DNA of 64,000 nt from the NCBI RefSeq assembly GCF_006345805.1, contig NC_043000.1, forward strand, positions 124,000,001 through 124,064,000. The letters run 5' to 3'. This stretch comes from Octopus sinensis (Eukaryota). Shown here one piece after another: positions 28,593-41,900 of the stretch (its first letter is position 1; every line of letters begins with the position of its first letter). The notes below the pieces were generated by a model. It saw nothing but the letters and a program-made list of their open reading frames with translations. It had not been told where the DNA came from and did no database searches. The translations under genes and the position numbers were made by a program.

Positions 28593-31500
28593 CATATATA
28601 TATATATATACATATATCTGTTTTGCCTAGACGTTGCATGATAGTCATTAGTGTGATGATCAAACAAATGCTACCCTTTGTCTCCAGTCTTCTATGAAGA
28701 CATGATGGTCTTAGGGAGATATTACCTTGCCTGGAATCAAGTGAGGGCTAGTGACTGGAAGGGCATCCAACTGTAGAAAATCTGCATCAACAAAATTTGT
28801 CTTATCCATGAAAGCATGGAAAAATGAACAACTGCATGTTCAGAACCACACCACAACAACCCTGGTTAATTAGTTTCCATAACTTGATTAGAATGAGGAT
28901 AAACCTTTTGGGAAAATTGTTCTAATATTTGAGAATTATGTAAATATTCAGTTGTTGGGTTATTAAATCAAGATTCAATATATTCTACCTCAGCAAATTT
29001 CATCTGACTCATGCAAGCATTTTAGTAGATGTTAAATGATGATGATGTTTATGTAAATCACACCATTCTCCATAATTAACCATCTTCAGGAATACACACA
29101 TACACATTTATAGTTCTCATTTCGCATTTGTCCACTCAGAAGTAAGAGAGATACATGTCAATGAAAACTTTAAGATATTTAGCATCACAGATAGGGTGGA
29201 AATTTGTGTGAAAGTTGTAAAATAAATCATTACCTACCTTTGTTAGGAACTATGACCCCATCTTTCTTAGCTTTGTTGTGATCAAACCCATTCTGATTTA
29301 AGAAAAAACAACACCAAAATGTAACAATCAGCCAAGTAAAACCAACTGAAAAATCAAGCTTTAATGTCATGTTAAAGTTTCATATATAACAGAGCTTCAA
29401 TAAATTATAATGAATATTATTTTTATTTATATAAAGATTGAATCAAAATTCATTTACAAAGAAACAAAGAAATAGAAAAAAATTGGGGGAAGTTAAGGTG
29501 CAGAAGATGAGAGGAAGGGAATATATTCCAGAACAAATGGTGTTCAGTCACACCCAGTAGACATGACCTAATTCTTTACTACCCACAAGGGGCTAAACAC
29601 AGAGGAGACAAAAAGGACAGACAAAGGGATTAAGTCGATTATATCGACCCCAGCATGTAACTGGTACTTAATTCATCAACCCCGGAAGGATGAAAGGCAA
29701 AGTTGACCTTGGCGGAATTCAAACTCAGAACATAACGGCAGAAGAAATACAGCTTCGCATTTCGTCCGGCATGCTAACGTTTCTGCCAGCCCGCCGCCTT
29801 CCCTGTGGACATGACCATGATTGTGTTGCCACAGAAAATGGCCAGAGATACTCGCTGTAGCAGCCACCCCACCTCATGGGGTTCATTTATTCAAGTAACT
29901 AATCCTGATATTGCTTACTAAATTACAAGATACATTTTTACAAAGGAATGCAAACATCTTCACTGATAATACCCCAACCAATATGTTTAAACTACTGAAC
30001 TTTTAATTTAAATTGTTATACATGGTCACAGGATGGCTGTGTGATTAAACAGCTCACATTGCAACCACTTGGCTTCCAGTTCAGTCCCACTGCACAGTAC
30101 CTTGATGAACTATTTTCTGCTACATAGCCTTGGGCTGACCATCACCATCATCGTTTAACATCCGCTTTCCATGCTAGCATGAGCTGGACGGTTCAACTGG
30201 AGTCTGGGAAGCCAGGAGGCTACACCAGGCTCCAGTCTGATCTGGCAGTGTTTCTACAGCCAGATGCCCTCCCTAACGCCAACCACTCTGTGAGTGTAGA
30301 AGGTGCTTTTTAGGTGTCACCGGCACAGGGGCCAGGGGAGGTTGGCAATGGCCACGATCGGTTGGTGCTTTTTACATGCCACCAGCACCGAAGTCAGTCA
30401 TGGCAGTGCTGGCATCGGCCACGTACGGGTGGTACTTTTTACATGCCACCAGCACAGGTGTCACAACTACAATTTCAATGCCTTGCAAATGAATTTGGTA
30501 GACAGAAATTATGTAGAAGCCTGTCATGCGTGTGTGTATGTGAGAAAGGGAGGGGGTCTTTGTGTTTGTCCCTTGACAACAATGGCTGGCTCATTTACAT
30601 CACCATAAATTAGTAGATCAGAAACATGGGAATAATGAAATGATTTAGAAAAAAAATTAAACATTGCCATTACATGGAAGTATTTTCTTTATCAAAAACA
30701 TATTGATTTATGTAAATACCTACATCAAAATATTTTAGTTTTTCTGCCATATCAGGAAAACAACCAGAAGATGATGAACTTTTCACAGTAACTGTCTTTC
30801 TCAGCAGAATTGATCTGTAATTGAGACCATTAAACTAGGATTACAACATATTTCATGACACTTAAAACAATGAAGTATTGTGTTGATAAATGTTACCTCA
30901 AACAAGAAAAATGTTTAATAACCAGTACTTCCCTGGGCATGGATAACATTGAAACTCCGACGTCTGGCAGCTGACTTGGCAGACACCCATAAAATTATTA
31001 ACCATCTTACTAACAGTAACTCTGAGTACCTTTTCAAACTCCACCTGTCTAACGCCCGTGGACATGTTTACTAAGTCAGAAAACAGCACATCTCCCATGA
31101 CTTTTGGAAACATTTTTTCATGCTAAGAGTTGCTGAAGTATGGAACAAACTGCCAGCATCAGTTGTTAGTTGTCGGAGCACTGCATCCTTCAAAACTTCC
31201 ATGCTTCCTGAGATTCGCCAACACTACACCTGATTTTCTCCCCTCCATACACACGCAAGCATGTATCTGACTCATACACTGTTCACTTCCCAGACAATTG
31301 TACATTACTGCATATGCTTTAAACGCACTTTTGACAAGTTGTGGTGCACCTGAGTACTGTATACAATAATTTCATTATTATTTTTATATATGTATACAAT
31401 ATTTTTATATATGTATACAACAATTTCATTATTATTTTTATATATGAGGGGTCTGTCTTATACCACTTTTCCCCATAATATTTTTTTTCACCCTCTAATA

Positions 31501-32914
31501 CATGTTGCATGGAAATTTATTACACTGACTAAACAAAATATATTGTTTTTGTATTTGATTTGCAAGATTTCTGATGTTAATTCCTGAGTTGAAACATATA
31601 TTGTTGTACCTCGAAATCTCATTATATCAATAATAAACACTGGTTCTATTTCACTTCTTTATCATTTATTTCTGAATTGGTTAACTATTTAACCAATTAA
31701 GTAATCAACTGTTTCATTTATTATACAGTCAATCAAGCTTGTCTAAGTCCTTCCAATGCCACGGACAACCTCTCTGCTCCAGGTAAAATTTAGTAATTTG
31801 GTGAACAATAATATTAACTTAATTTCAGTGATATCACTTTTTGCATATTCTTTAGAAAATAAAACAGACTACTTGATCAACACTCCACACCTGGTTAAAA
31901 ATTTTAAAGTTTCTCTCAAAGAATGATGAAAACACCAACCACTCCGAGAGTGTAGTGGGTGCTTTTATGTGCCACTGGCTTGAGTGCCAGTCAGGCGATA
32001 CTGGCAACGGCCACGAAAAAAATCATGTTTTTTGTTTACATGTCACCTGCACACCAGTACAAGTGTGCGGTGATATAGAGGATCTTCATCGATGCCTCCA
32101 CCAAATTTGGAAGTGGTCTAACGAATGGGACCTGTGTCTGAACGTGTCAAAGTGCTGTCATCTGCCTGTTGGCTCTCCTCCTGCAACTCAACTTGATTTC
32201 GAGCCGGGTCGTCTGCTGCTGGAGAGGACTGATCAGGTAAAGGACCTGGGTATCTTGGTGGATTCCTCCTTTTCGCCATCGGCCCAGTGCGTCCATGCTG
32301 CCAACAAAGCACGCGGAATTCTGTTCTTGATTCAACGGTCATTCGGAATGCTCACAGCAGCCATATTCCTACCACTCTATGTCACGCTGGTGAGACCCAT
32401 ATTGGAGTACGGGATTCAAGCCTCTTCTCCTTATCTCCTCAAAGACATACAGCATCTCGAAAGAGTCCAGAAGCTGGCTACCCGCATGGTTCATGGTCTC
32501 AAAAATTTGTCCTACGAAGAAAGGCTGAGGACGCTCGACCTTTATTCTCTTGAAAAACGCCGCCGCCGTGGTGATCTCATTCTCGCCCACAACATCATAA
32601 GCGGAAAGTGTAACCTCTCGAAAGAGCTGTTCTTCACTCCTGCTCCAGAGCGTCGACTGCGGGGTCATTCCGAAAAGCTCTACCTGCGACGATTTCATCT
32701 CAATCGAAGGAGAGGAGTTTTCTCCGTCCGGGTTGCGGATCCGTGGAACAAGCTGCCAGACGAGATGGTGAAGATGCCGACGACCGCTTTGTTCAAAGCC
32801 TCCCTTGACCTCAAGTGGCCTGAACTCTACATAATCACCACCCTGTACTTAACTCCATGTCCCCCTACATGGCCTTGCTATTTGCTTTTGAGCCAAATTA
32901 ACTAACTAACTAAC

Positions 32915-32959
<45 letters not shown>

Positions 32960-35900
32960 GAATTAGACACTTTAAAATGATACTCACTTGAAACCATCAA
33001 CTTTGTCCTGGAATGGTTTTATTATTTTTTGAGCAACTTTAAATCCTTCCAAAGCAGAAATGAAATCTTCGATTTTTCGTTTACTAAAATGTATGAAATA
33101 AAATTTCATTTTTTTACAAACACAAGTCTTAGAAAAAGGGTAAAATAAGGATAAAATACATGGATCATTATTAAAAAAAGAAGGTTAAAAACCTATTACC
33201 TGTATGTGACACTTTCATAGAGAATTGCACGGTTATCAGGGTGTTCGTTACTCCGATTAGATAATCCAAGAGCATGAATTCTTAGAAAATGGAAAAAGAA
33301 AAAAAATAAATAAATAAAATAACTGAAAACTCATGTATATATTTTGAAAAGTTATTCTTACTCTTTTACTCATTTAAGTCATTTAACTGTGGCCATGCTG
33401 GAGCACCGCCTTTAGTCAAGCAAATTGACCCCCGGACTTATTATTTGTAAGCTTAGTACTTATTCTATCGGTCTCTTTTGCCGAACCGCTAAGTTATGGG
33501 CATGTAAACACACCAGCATCAGTTGTCAAGCGATGTTGGGGGCACAAACAAACACACAAACGTATACAGACACACACACACACATATATATATACATATA
33601 TACGACTGACTTCTTTCAGTTTCCATCTACCAAATCCACTCACAAGGATTTGGTCAGCCCAAGGCTATAGAATACACTTGCCCAAGGTGCCACGCAGTGG
33701 GACTGAACCCGGAACCATGTGGTTCGTAAGCTAGCTACTTACCACACAGCTACTCCTATGCCCATGTAGGAGTGGCTTCAAAGAATTTTTTTTAAACTGG
33801 ACTTTCCAGGTAAACTTAGTCTTTTAAAAGAGTTCTATTTATACTATATTTTAATTAATTAAATCTTTGATATATGGATACCCACAAATCAGTCAACTCC
33901 CAAAGCCAATATTTTCAACAGAATTAGATGCAATGTAGTAAATAACCTGTGTTTGATGCCAACCAAAAATGTGTACTTGATCACCCACATGTATATGAAC
34001 TGAAAATGATAGAGACCTGACTGACCCAAATTTAGTGTCTAAAGAAGAAAAATTAGAAAGCAACCTCAAGTGCTCAAGGAATAAAAACAAAAAGTATCCC
34101 CAGAGCACACTTCACCCAAATTCACTCAGAAAGCATTGGTTGGCCTAGGCCTATATTTAGTCACTTGCCCAAGGTGCATTGCAGTGGGATTGAACCCATA
34201 ACCACACGGTTGCAAAGCAAATTTCTTCACCACACAGCCATACAGATTGATACTTAAATGATAATAGAAATATATATATATACAAACCTGCTTAAAATTC
34301 TTTCCAAATCTGGAAGTTTCTTCAGTAGTTCCCTTGTCTCAGCACTTACATCTGGAATGTTCATGAGATCTTCAAGACTATCCAAACGATCATTGATAGA
34401 CTTTGGGTTACACAAGGGTGCACAAAGCCAAGTTCGGAATAGACGTTTCCCTGCCAAAGCCAAAAGAATATTCCACTTCAAATATATAATCACTATCAAA
34501 AGCAAGAATCCACACAAACCTCTTTAGCATTACAACACTTTGGGTTTATGGTACTACTAGCAGTATCACCCAGTGTTGCTTGGGTTTGTTTCAACCCTTT
34601 AGAATTGGAATTTTTGAAAAGTAAAAATTTTGCATTATGTAGCTTGTTATTCTCTTTAAGTGAACATTTTTATGGTTGAAATACACCGAAAAATGGCAGC
34701 ACAGCAGTCAAAAAATCGTAAAAAATAGGGATTTTCATAGAAAAAAAGCACCTTTTTGATGTAAAGAATTTTTGGTGTTAACATGGTTTGATTTGAATTT
34801 TTTCGTCTACGGTAGGAAGAGCAAGCCTTCTTCTATCATACTCTCAATTTTGGTCAACTTGCACCGCAGGGTCTCGGAGAAGATAGTGTTAGTTGAAGGC
34901 TACCAAACCTGCCATACACAGACAACTTCAGCTTTATATATATAGCTATTTTAATGAAGAAGATGGCTTCATGCAGTTGCTAGATCTGCAAGATATCAAC
35001 TTCATCATCGTTATCATCTGATGGTTTGATAGAAGCCAATGATTATCATCATCATTTAATGTCTACTTAACCATGCTTGCATGGATCAGGCACAATGTGT
35101 TGAGGCAGACTTTCTATGGCCAGACAGCCTTCCTGACACCAACCCACAACTTTTCAGGCGAGGTAATATTTCTGCATAGCTAGACATATTTTTCACAGAA
35201 GACTGGAAACAAACAATATCACATACATAATGGTGATGCTCATTTACAACCATTATCTGATGTCAAGACAAAGGTACAGATGCATGCACACACACACACA
35301 CATGACAGGCTTCCTCCAGTTTCCATCTATCAATTCCACTCAGAAAGCTTTGGTCGGCCCAGAGCTATAGAAGAAGAAACTTGCCCAAGGTGCCACACAG
35401 TCGGGAAACAAGCTTCTTAACCACACAGCCATGTGTGTGCCTCCATATATCATATATGTATAAGTTAAATAAATGAATAAACATAAAAATAAATTCTATT
35501 TACCAAATGGTGTGTTGCAGTGATCCAGTTTTTCTAAAAGAGTTCCTTCTCTCGAACCATTCAAACCATTTTCTGTGATGTCCAAGTTACACAAAGTGAC
35601 ATCATCCAGGACCTGACAAGAATAAAACAAAATATAAGAATGTAATTCCCTAATCCACAGAACCATAGAGCTAGCAAAGACCATTTTTGTTTAGAGTATC
35701 TAAAATAAGTTTGTATGTGAGAGTTGTATAGTTAGCAAATTACTACATGATTTTATAGTGCTCTTGCAGTCTGGAGCAGAGAGTTCGTCAACCATAGAGT
35801 ACCTATTTACAACTAAACATACTGTTTACTAGTTCAGTGTCTTGGCTCAGAAGCATTTCTAAACTGGTCAGAAATTATGTGTCCAGCATAGAATACCTAT

Positions 35901-38900
35901 TTTACAGTCAAGCACACTGAGCATTTAATAGTTCAGTTTTCCTAATTTAATTGCAACAAAAAAAAAAAAAACATTGTATTTCACCAGAAATATGGTAGTG
36001 AAAGTGATGAGGGAGGCAAGTCTTTTCTGATAACGCATAACTTACCATATGACGTTTTCCAGAAAAATCCCTGGCCACTGAGCTGTTTGGAACTGATACA
36101 GAATTATTTTTATCAAGAGGGACATATTCTTCAAAATTCTTCATAGACAGCAATTCTTCATCCACTAAAGTGTGTTTCAAGTACCTAATTAATTGCAATT
36201 ACAACAAATTAGAAAAATATAAATGAATTTAATTAGAAAAAATACAATTTTTTTGCTATTTAGCATCAATGGGGTCACTGTTTTGAAATTAGTTTAACAA
36301 TCCATCTGAATTAAAAATTCTTATTTATCAAGTAAAAAGCTTAACGGACCTCTTGCAGTTAATTATTTAGTTAATTGTGTCATATTAAGCAGTTGATATT
36401 GCATTAAATCTAAATAGTTCCAAACAAGTAGTTGAAATGAAAACAGGAAAAAGACCACAAGATGAAATTTTACTGCTAAATTTTTATCCTCCAACACCCA
36501 ATTTCTTATAAATTTGATATCAAAGCCATTCATAAGAAGATATGAATGCTTACTTTGCAACCACTTAGTTTCAGGTTCAATTCCACTGCACAGCACATTG
36601 GGTATGTGGCTTCCGCTACAACCCAAGGCCAACAAATGTCTTGTGACTGAATTTGGTAGATAGAAATGGTGTGGACACTTGACATACTCAGACACACAAA
36701 TAAATAAATATACATACATATACATATGTATATATGTCAGTGTGTGTGTCTATGTCAAAACCAATTCTTGACAACCAGTGTTGTTTATTTATGTCTCCAT
36801 AACTTAGTTCAGCAGAAGAGACAAACTGAATAAATACTAGACTTAAAGTGAACAAACATGAATACTGGAGATGGTTTAGTAAATTAAAATACTTGATGAC
36901 AATGTTGCAGCCCAATGTAAAATGTAAAAGATGAATTTATTACTGGATTATTATTGTTAATGGATGAGGGGGGATGTCTTCCTAGTGGGATACGTATTGA
37001 GGAAAGTATCAAACTACCATAAATTAGCTAATTCTGATTTTTACATCAACATCTTTATAGGTGTAGGAGTGGCTGTGAGGTAAGTAGCTTGCTTACCAAC
37101 CACATGGTTCCGGGTTCAGTCCCACTGCATGGCACTTTGGACAAGTGTCTTCTACTATAGCCTTGGGACGACCAAAGCATTGTGAGTGGATTTGGTAGAT
37201 GGAAACTGAAAGAAACCCATCATATAAGTGCGTGTATGTTTGTCCCCCAAACATCGCTTGACAACCGATACTGGTGTGTTTATGTCTCCGTAACTTAGCG
37301 GTTTGGCAAAACAGACCAATAGAATAAGGACTAGGCTTACAAAGAATAAGCCCTGGGGTTGATTTGTTCGACTAAAAGTGGTGCTCCAACATGGCCGCAG
37401 TCAAACAACCAAAGGAGTATCTAATTCAATTTCAAATCATCATCATTTAATGTCCGTTTTTCTTGCTGGCATGGGTTGGACGGTTTGACAGGAAATGACC
37501 AGCACAGGTGCTTTTTATGTGGTACCGGCATGAGTGATTTTTGCATGGCACCAGCATGGATGCTTTTTACGTGATACCAAAATGAGTGCTTTTTAAATGG
37601 CATCCGCACCCTGTGACACCAATTTTAGGTGTTACTTCTTTTTCTTTTAACAAAAACAAGGAACAAAACAGGAATATGTATTTACCATAAGATGGCACCA
37701 AGAGCTGATACTGCCAAGACATAAGCATCTGCAGCACTAGAATTCAATGCATCACCTACAAACAACAAAATGTTAAGAAAAGTTAAAACAAATCTGAGTT
37801 ACACAAAGCAATTGCTTTTTTAACAATTCTTTAAAAATGCCAGCACCAAATTCTTAATGAAATAAATTTGCCATTACTTACTATCAGACAACATTTTCTT
37901 CAAGGCAGCTGGCCACACAATCTCTTTGGATTCTTCATCAACAAAATAATTGCATTCTGAGAGGGTTTTTAAAGTTTTGGAACTTTGCCAAAATTCTGTT
38001 CCAGGGTTTAATCCTTCTCTGATGACATTTCCAGGAAGATTGTTGATTATCTGCATTGTCTTTGGATAGACTTTACCACGCTCATAAAGAATCTGAAATA
38101 GAAATTCAATGTTGTTTCAAATCCATAGCAATTGCAACAGAAACAAACCAACAAATATCTAAAAAAATTATATTTACTCTTTTACTTGTTTCAGTCATTT
38201 GACTGTGGCCATGCTGGAGCACCGCCTTTAGCCAAGCAAATCGCCCCCGGGACTTATTCTTTGAAAGCCTAGTACTTATTCTATCGGTCTCTTTTGCCAA
38301 ACTGCTGAGTTACAGGGATGCAAATACACCAGCATCTGTTGTCAAGCAATGTTGGGGGGACAAAGACAGACACACATATACACACACACATACATAATAT
38401 TTATACATATATACAAATACATATATATATATCATCATCATCATTTAATGTCCGTTTCCCACGCTAGCACGGGTTGGACGGTTCAACCGGGGTCTGGGAA
38501 GCCAGGGGCTGCACCAGGCTCCAGTCTGATCTGGCAGTGTTTCTACAGCTGAATGCCTTTCCTAACGCCAACCACTCCGCGAGAGTAGTGGGTGCTTTTT
38601 ACGTGCCACCGGCACAGGTGCCAGGGGAGTCTGGCATCGGCCACGATCGGTTGGTGCTTTTAACGTGCCACCAGCACGGAAGCCAGTCAAGGCGGCGCTG
38701 GCATCGGCCACGTTCGGATGGTGCTTTTTATGTGCCACCAGCACAGAAGCCAGTCCAGGCAGCGCTGGCATCGGCCACGTTCGGACGGTGCTTTTTATGT
38801 GCCACCGGCACAGGTATCACAACTACTATTTCCATTGATATTTATTTCGATGTTCATGTACTTGACTCAATAGGTCTCCTCAAGCACAGCGGGATGTTCT

Positions 38901-41900
38901 GATACACACACATATATACATACATATATATACGACAGGCTTCTTTCGGTTTCCGTCTACCAAATCCACTCACAAGGCTTTGGTCGGCCCAAGGCTATAG
39001 TAGAAGACACTTGCCCAAGGTGCCACACTGTGGGACTGAACCCGGAACCATGTGGTTGGTAAGCAAGCTACTTACTACACAGCCACTCCTACGACTATAT
39101 TTAATTTTATTTTTCAGATCCAGACATAATTTTCACTGAAAGGATCTGGCTAGCCCGAGGGTCCATGTTGGTCGTAAGACAAGATCCCTTGACAATACTG
39201 GTGGTGCAGGATTGAGGGAGGTGGTTTTGTGCAGGTGTTGAGAGGCTAAAGTAGGAAAAAGGAACAGGGACAGATTATGCTGTAAAGGAGATACATGGCT
39301 ACCCCAGCAGGAAATGGAGAAAAGAAAGTGGATATGAGGTGAACTCAAAACCATGTGGTTGGAAAACAAACTGCTTAACCACAAAGCCATGCCTGGACCT
39401 ATGAATATTTTCATCGAGTTCTAGGGCAATATTTAAATGGATAGGCAGCTTACAAAATGCAAATATAAAATCAGTTTCTTGATGACAGTCATATAAAGTC
39501 AGTAATGTTCCTTCTTTTAGTTGTGATACGCTAATTCTCATTATCATTTAATGTCCATTGTCCATGCTGGTATGGGTTGGACAGTTTGACCAGGGCTGGT
39601 AAGCTGAGGGGCTGCACCAGGGTCCAGTCTGATTTGGCAGGGTTTCTAGAGCTGGATGCCCTTCCTAATGCCAACCTCTCCAAGAGTGTAATGGATGCTC
39701 TTATGTGCCACCAGCATAGGTGCCATTTGTATGACACCAGTATCCGCCACGACTGATTTCACTTGGCGTGATCAGTCTTCTCAAGCACAACAGCATATTG
39801 CTAAAGGTCTCGGTCATATGTCATTGCCTCTGTGAGGCCCAACACTTGAAAGATGCTTTTTACGTGCCAGTTATGTGACACTGGCATTGGACACATTGCC
39901 TCCATGAGGTTCAACACTCAACAGGTGCTTTTTATGTGCTGCCAGCATGGGTGCCAGATGCTTCTGTGAGGCCCAACGCTCAAAAGGTGCTTTTTACATG
40001 CCAGGTATGCAATACCATCACCAGCCACATTGCTCCAATAAAAAAAAATATTATAACTGAAATAACACACCTGAGCAGGAGTATGGTGCATCAAAAGAGT
40101 GCGGAATCTGGAATTGTGTCGGTCATCCAAAAATTGACCAATCTGAAAAGAAATGAAGAATTAGATGAACAAAACAAAGGAAAAAGCAACATAAAATTGT
40201 AGAAGGAAGCATTTACTATTTTAACTGACATCTAGCTAAACAGTTGGATTCTAAGTATTTATTAAGCTTTTTAACCACATCAAGTTACACAGGAAATCTC
40301 AAGCTTTAAATTAACCTCCCTACTACAATACAACAAACAAATTATATAGTAATATAATATATAGTAAAGACAGAATGAATTGCATTCATTAAGTTTCTAG
40401 AAATTTTTAATACACGATGTACAAAGCTTGCATTCCCTCCCATAGACAATACTCACTTAGAACTAAATATTTCAACCTTCTGGTCAGACTGTACATACCA
40501 CAAAACAATTTATTTAAATCTAATTACTGGTCGAAAAAAAATGTAACAAGCAAATTGTTCATTCAAATTATTGTATATTATCACCATTTAACATCCACTT
40601 TTTGTTGCTTGCATGAATCAGACAATTTGCTGAAGTGAATTTTTTATGGCTTGATGCCCTACCTGTCACCAACCCTTAGCTGTTTCCAAGCAAGGTTATA
40701 TTTCCCCATAGACAGACATGTTTTTCATGGAAGACTAAACACAAACAACATTACTTGTATGAAGGTGATACTCATTTACAACTATCACATGACATCAAGA
40801 CAAACACACACACACAGAGCAGGCTTCTTTCAGTTTCTGTCTACTAAATCCATTCACATGGTTTTGGTCAGCCAGAGGCTACAATAAAAAAAATTCGTCC
40901 AAGGTGCCATGCAGTGGGACTGAACCCAAGACATATTGTTAGGAATCAAGCTTCTTAACCACACAACCACATCTATAAATGAATTGATAGCTTCATTATT
41001 CTTTATTTTATGTCTGAAAATATCAAATATAATTTACCAAATTAGAGAGACAAAAGTAATTGGATCATGAACTGAGTTTTATTTCTTTATTGCCCACAAG
41101 GGACTAAACATAGAGAGGACAAACAAGGACAGACAAAGGGATTAAGTCCATTACATTCACCCAGTGTGTAACTGGTACTTAATTTATCCATCCCGAAAGG
41201 ATGAAAGGCAAAGTCAACCTCAGCGGAATTCAAACTCAGAATGTAAAGACATTTCTCCTGGCGTGCTAATGTTTCTGCCAGCTTGCCGCTTTAATGAGCT
41301 GAGTTTTCATGAATTCATATCTACAAGCTGATCTTCCATTATGACTGAACAGAACAGTTTATTTTACAGGTCACAGTTCACCTAGGTGGGAAATAAGCAG
41401 GTAAGAGACTAAGAATGGGCAAACTTTGTCAAGATGTGGGCCACATGAGACATAGTCCATCAAAAGGCAAGCCACTCTCCTATTGGTTTTCTATTGGTTT
41501 ATGTATTTAGACACCAGAATTGAACAACAACATTAGGTTCCATTGTGCTTCATGAAAACACTAAGATTTTTATCCTTACGTTTAATATCTGTACACGATC
41601 AGAACAAGATAGAGTTGACTCAAAAGACGGGCAGTGGAGTGTATACTTACATGAAATTTCCCAATGGAGGTGTCCACAAAACAGACACCATAGGTAAAAC
41701 AGCCATCATTTTCTTCCTTTAAATATAATGTACAATAGTTTATAAGTTATACCACAAGAGTAAATCTCTGAATTGTATGCACAAACTATATTGCATATAT
41801 AAATTTATAGTCACATATAAGCAAATGAGATAAAATTTCTGCAGGGATATCTATATGTGAGCCTATAAGTAATTAATTATACAAGGGGAAAGATAATATC

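Noticed and set aside
31955-32905. 316-aa ORF as a host gene
   Set aside because: Chance fusion of a family A repeat frame with a truncated CR1 RT C-terminus.
38590-38820. CRISPR-like repeat/spacer pattern
   Set aside because: Eukaryotic context, spacers are homologous to each other, no cas genes; it is the internal array of a retroelement 3'UTR.
41560-41600. Segments resembling U2 snRNA (CTAAGAT, GTTTAATATCTG); possible U2 pseudogene or scaRNA guide on the MSH6 strand
   Set aside because: Matches are only 7 and 12 nt, with no branch-point pairing region, Sm site or correctly placed C/D boxes.
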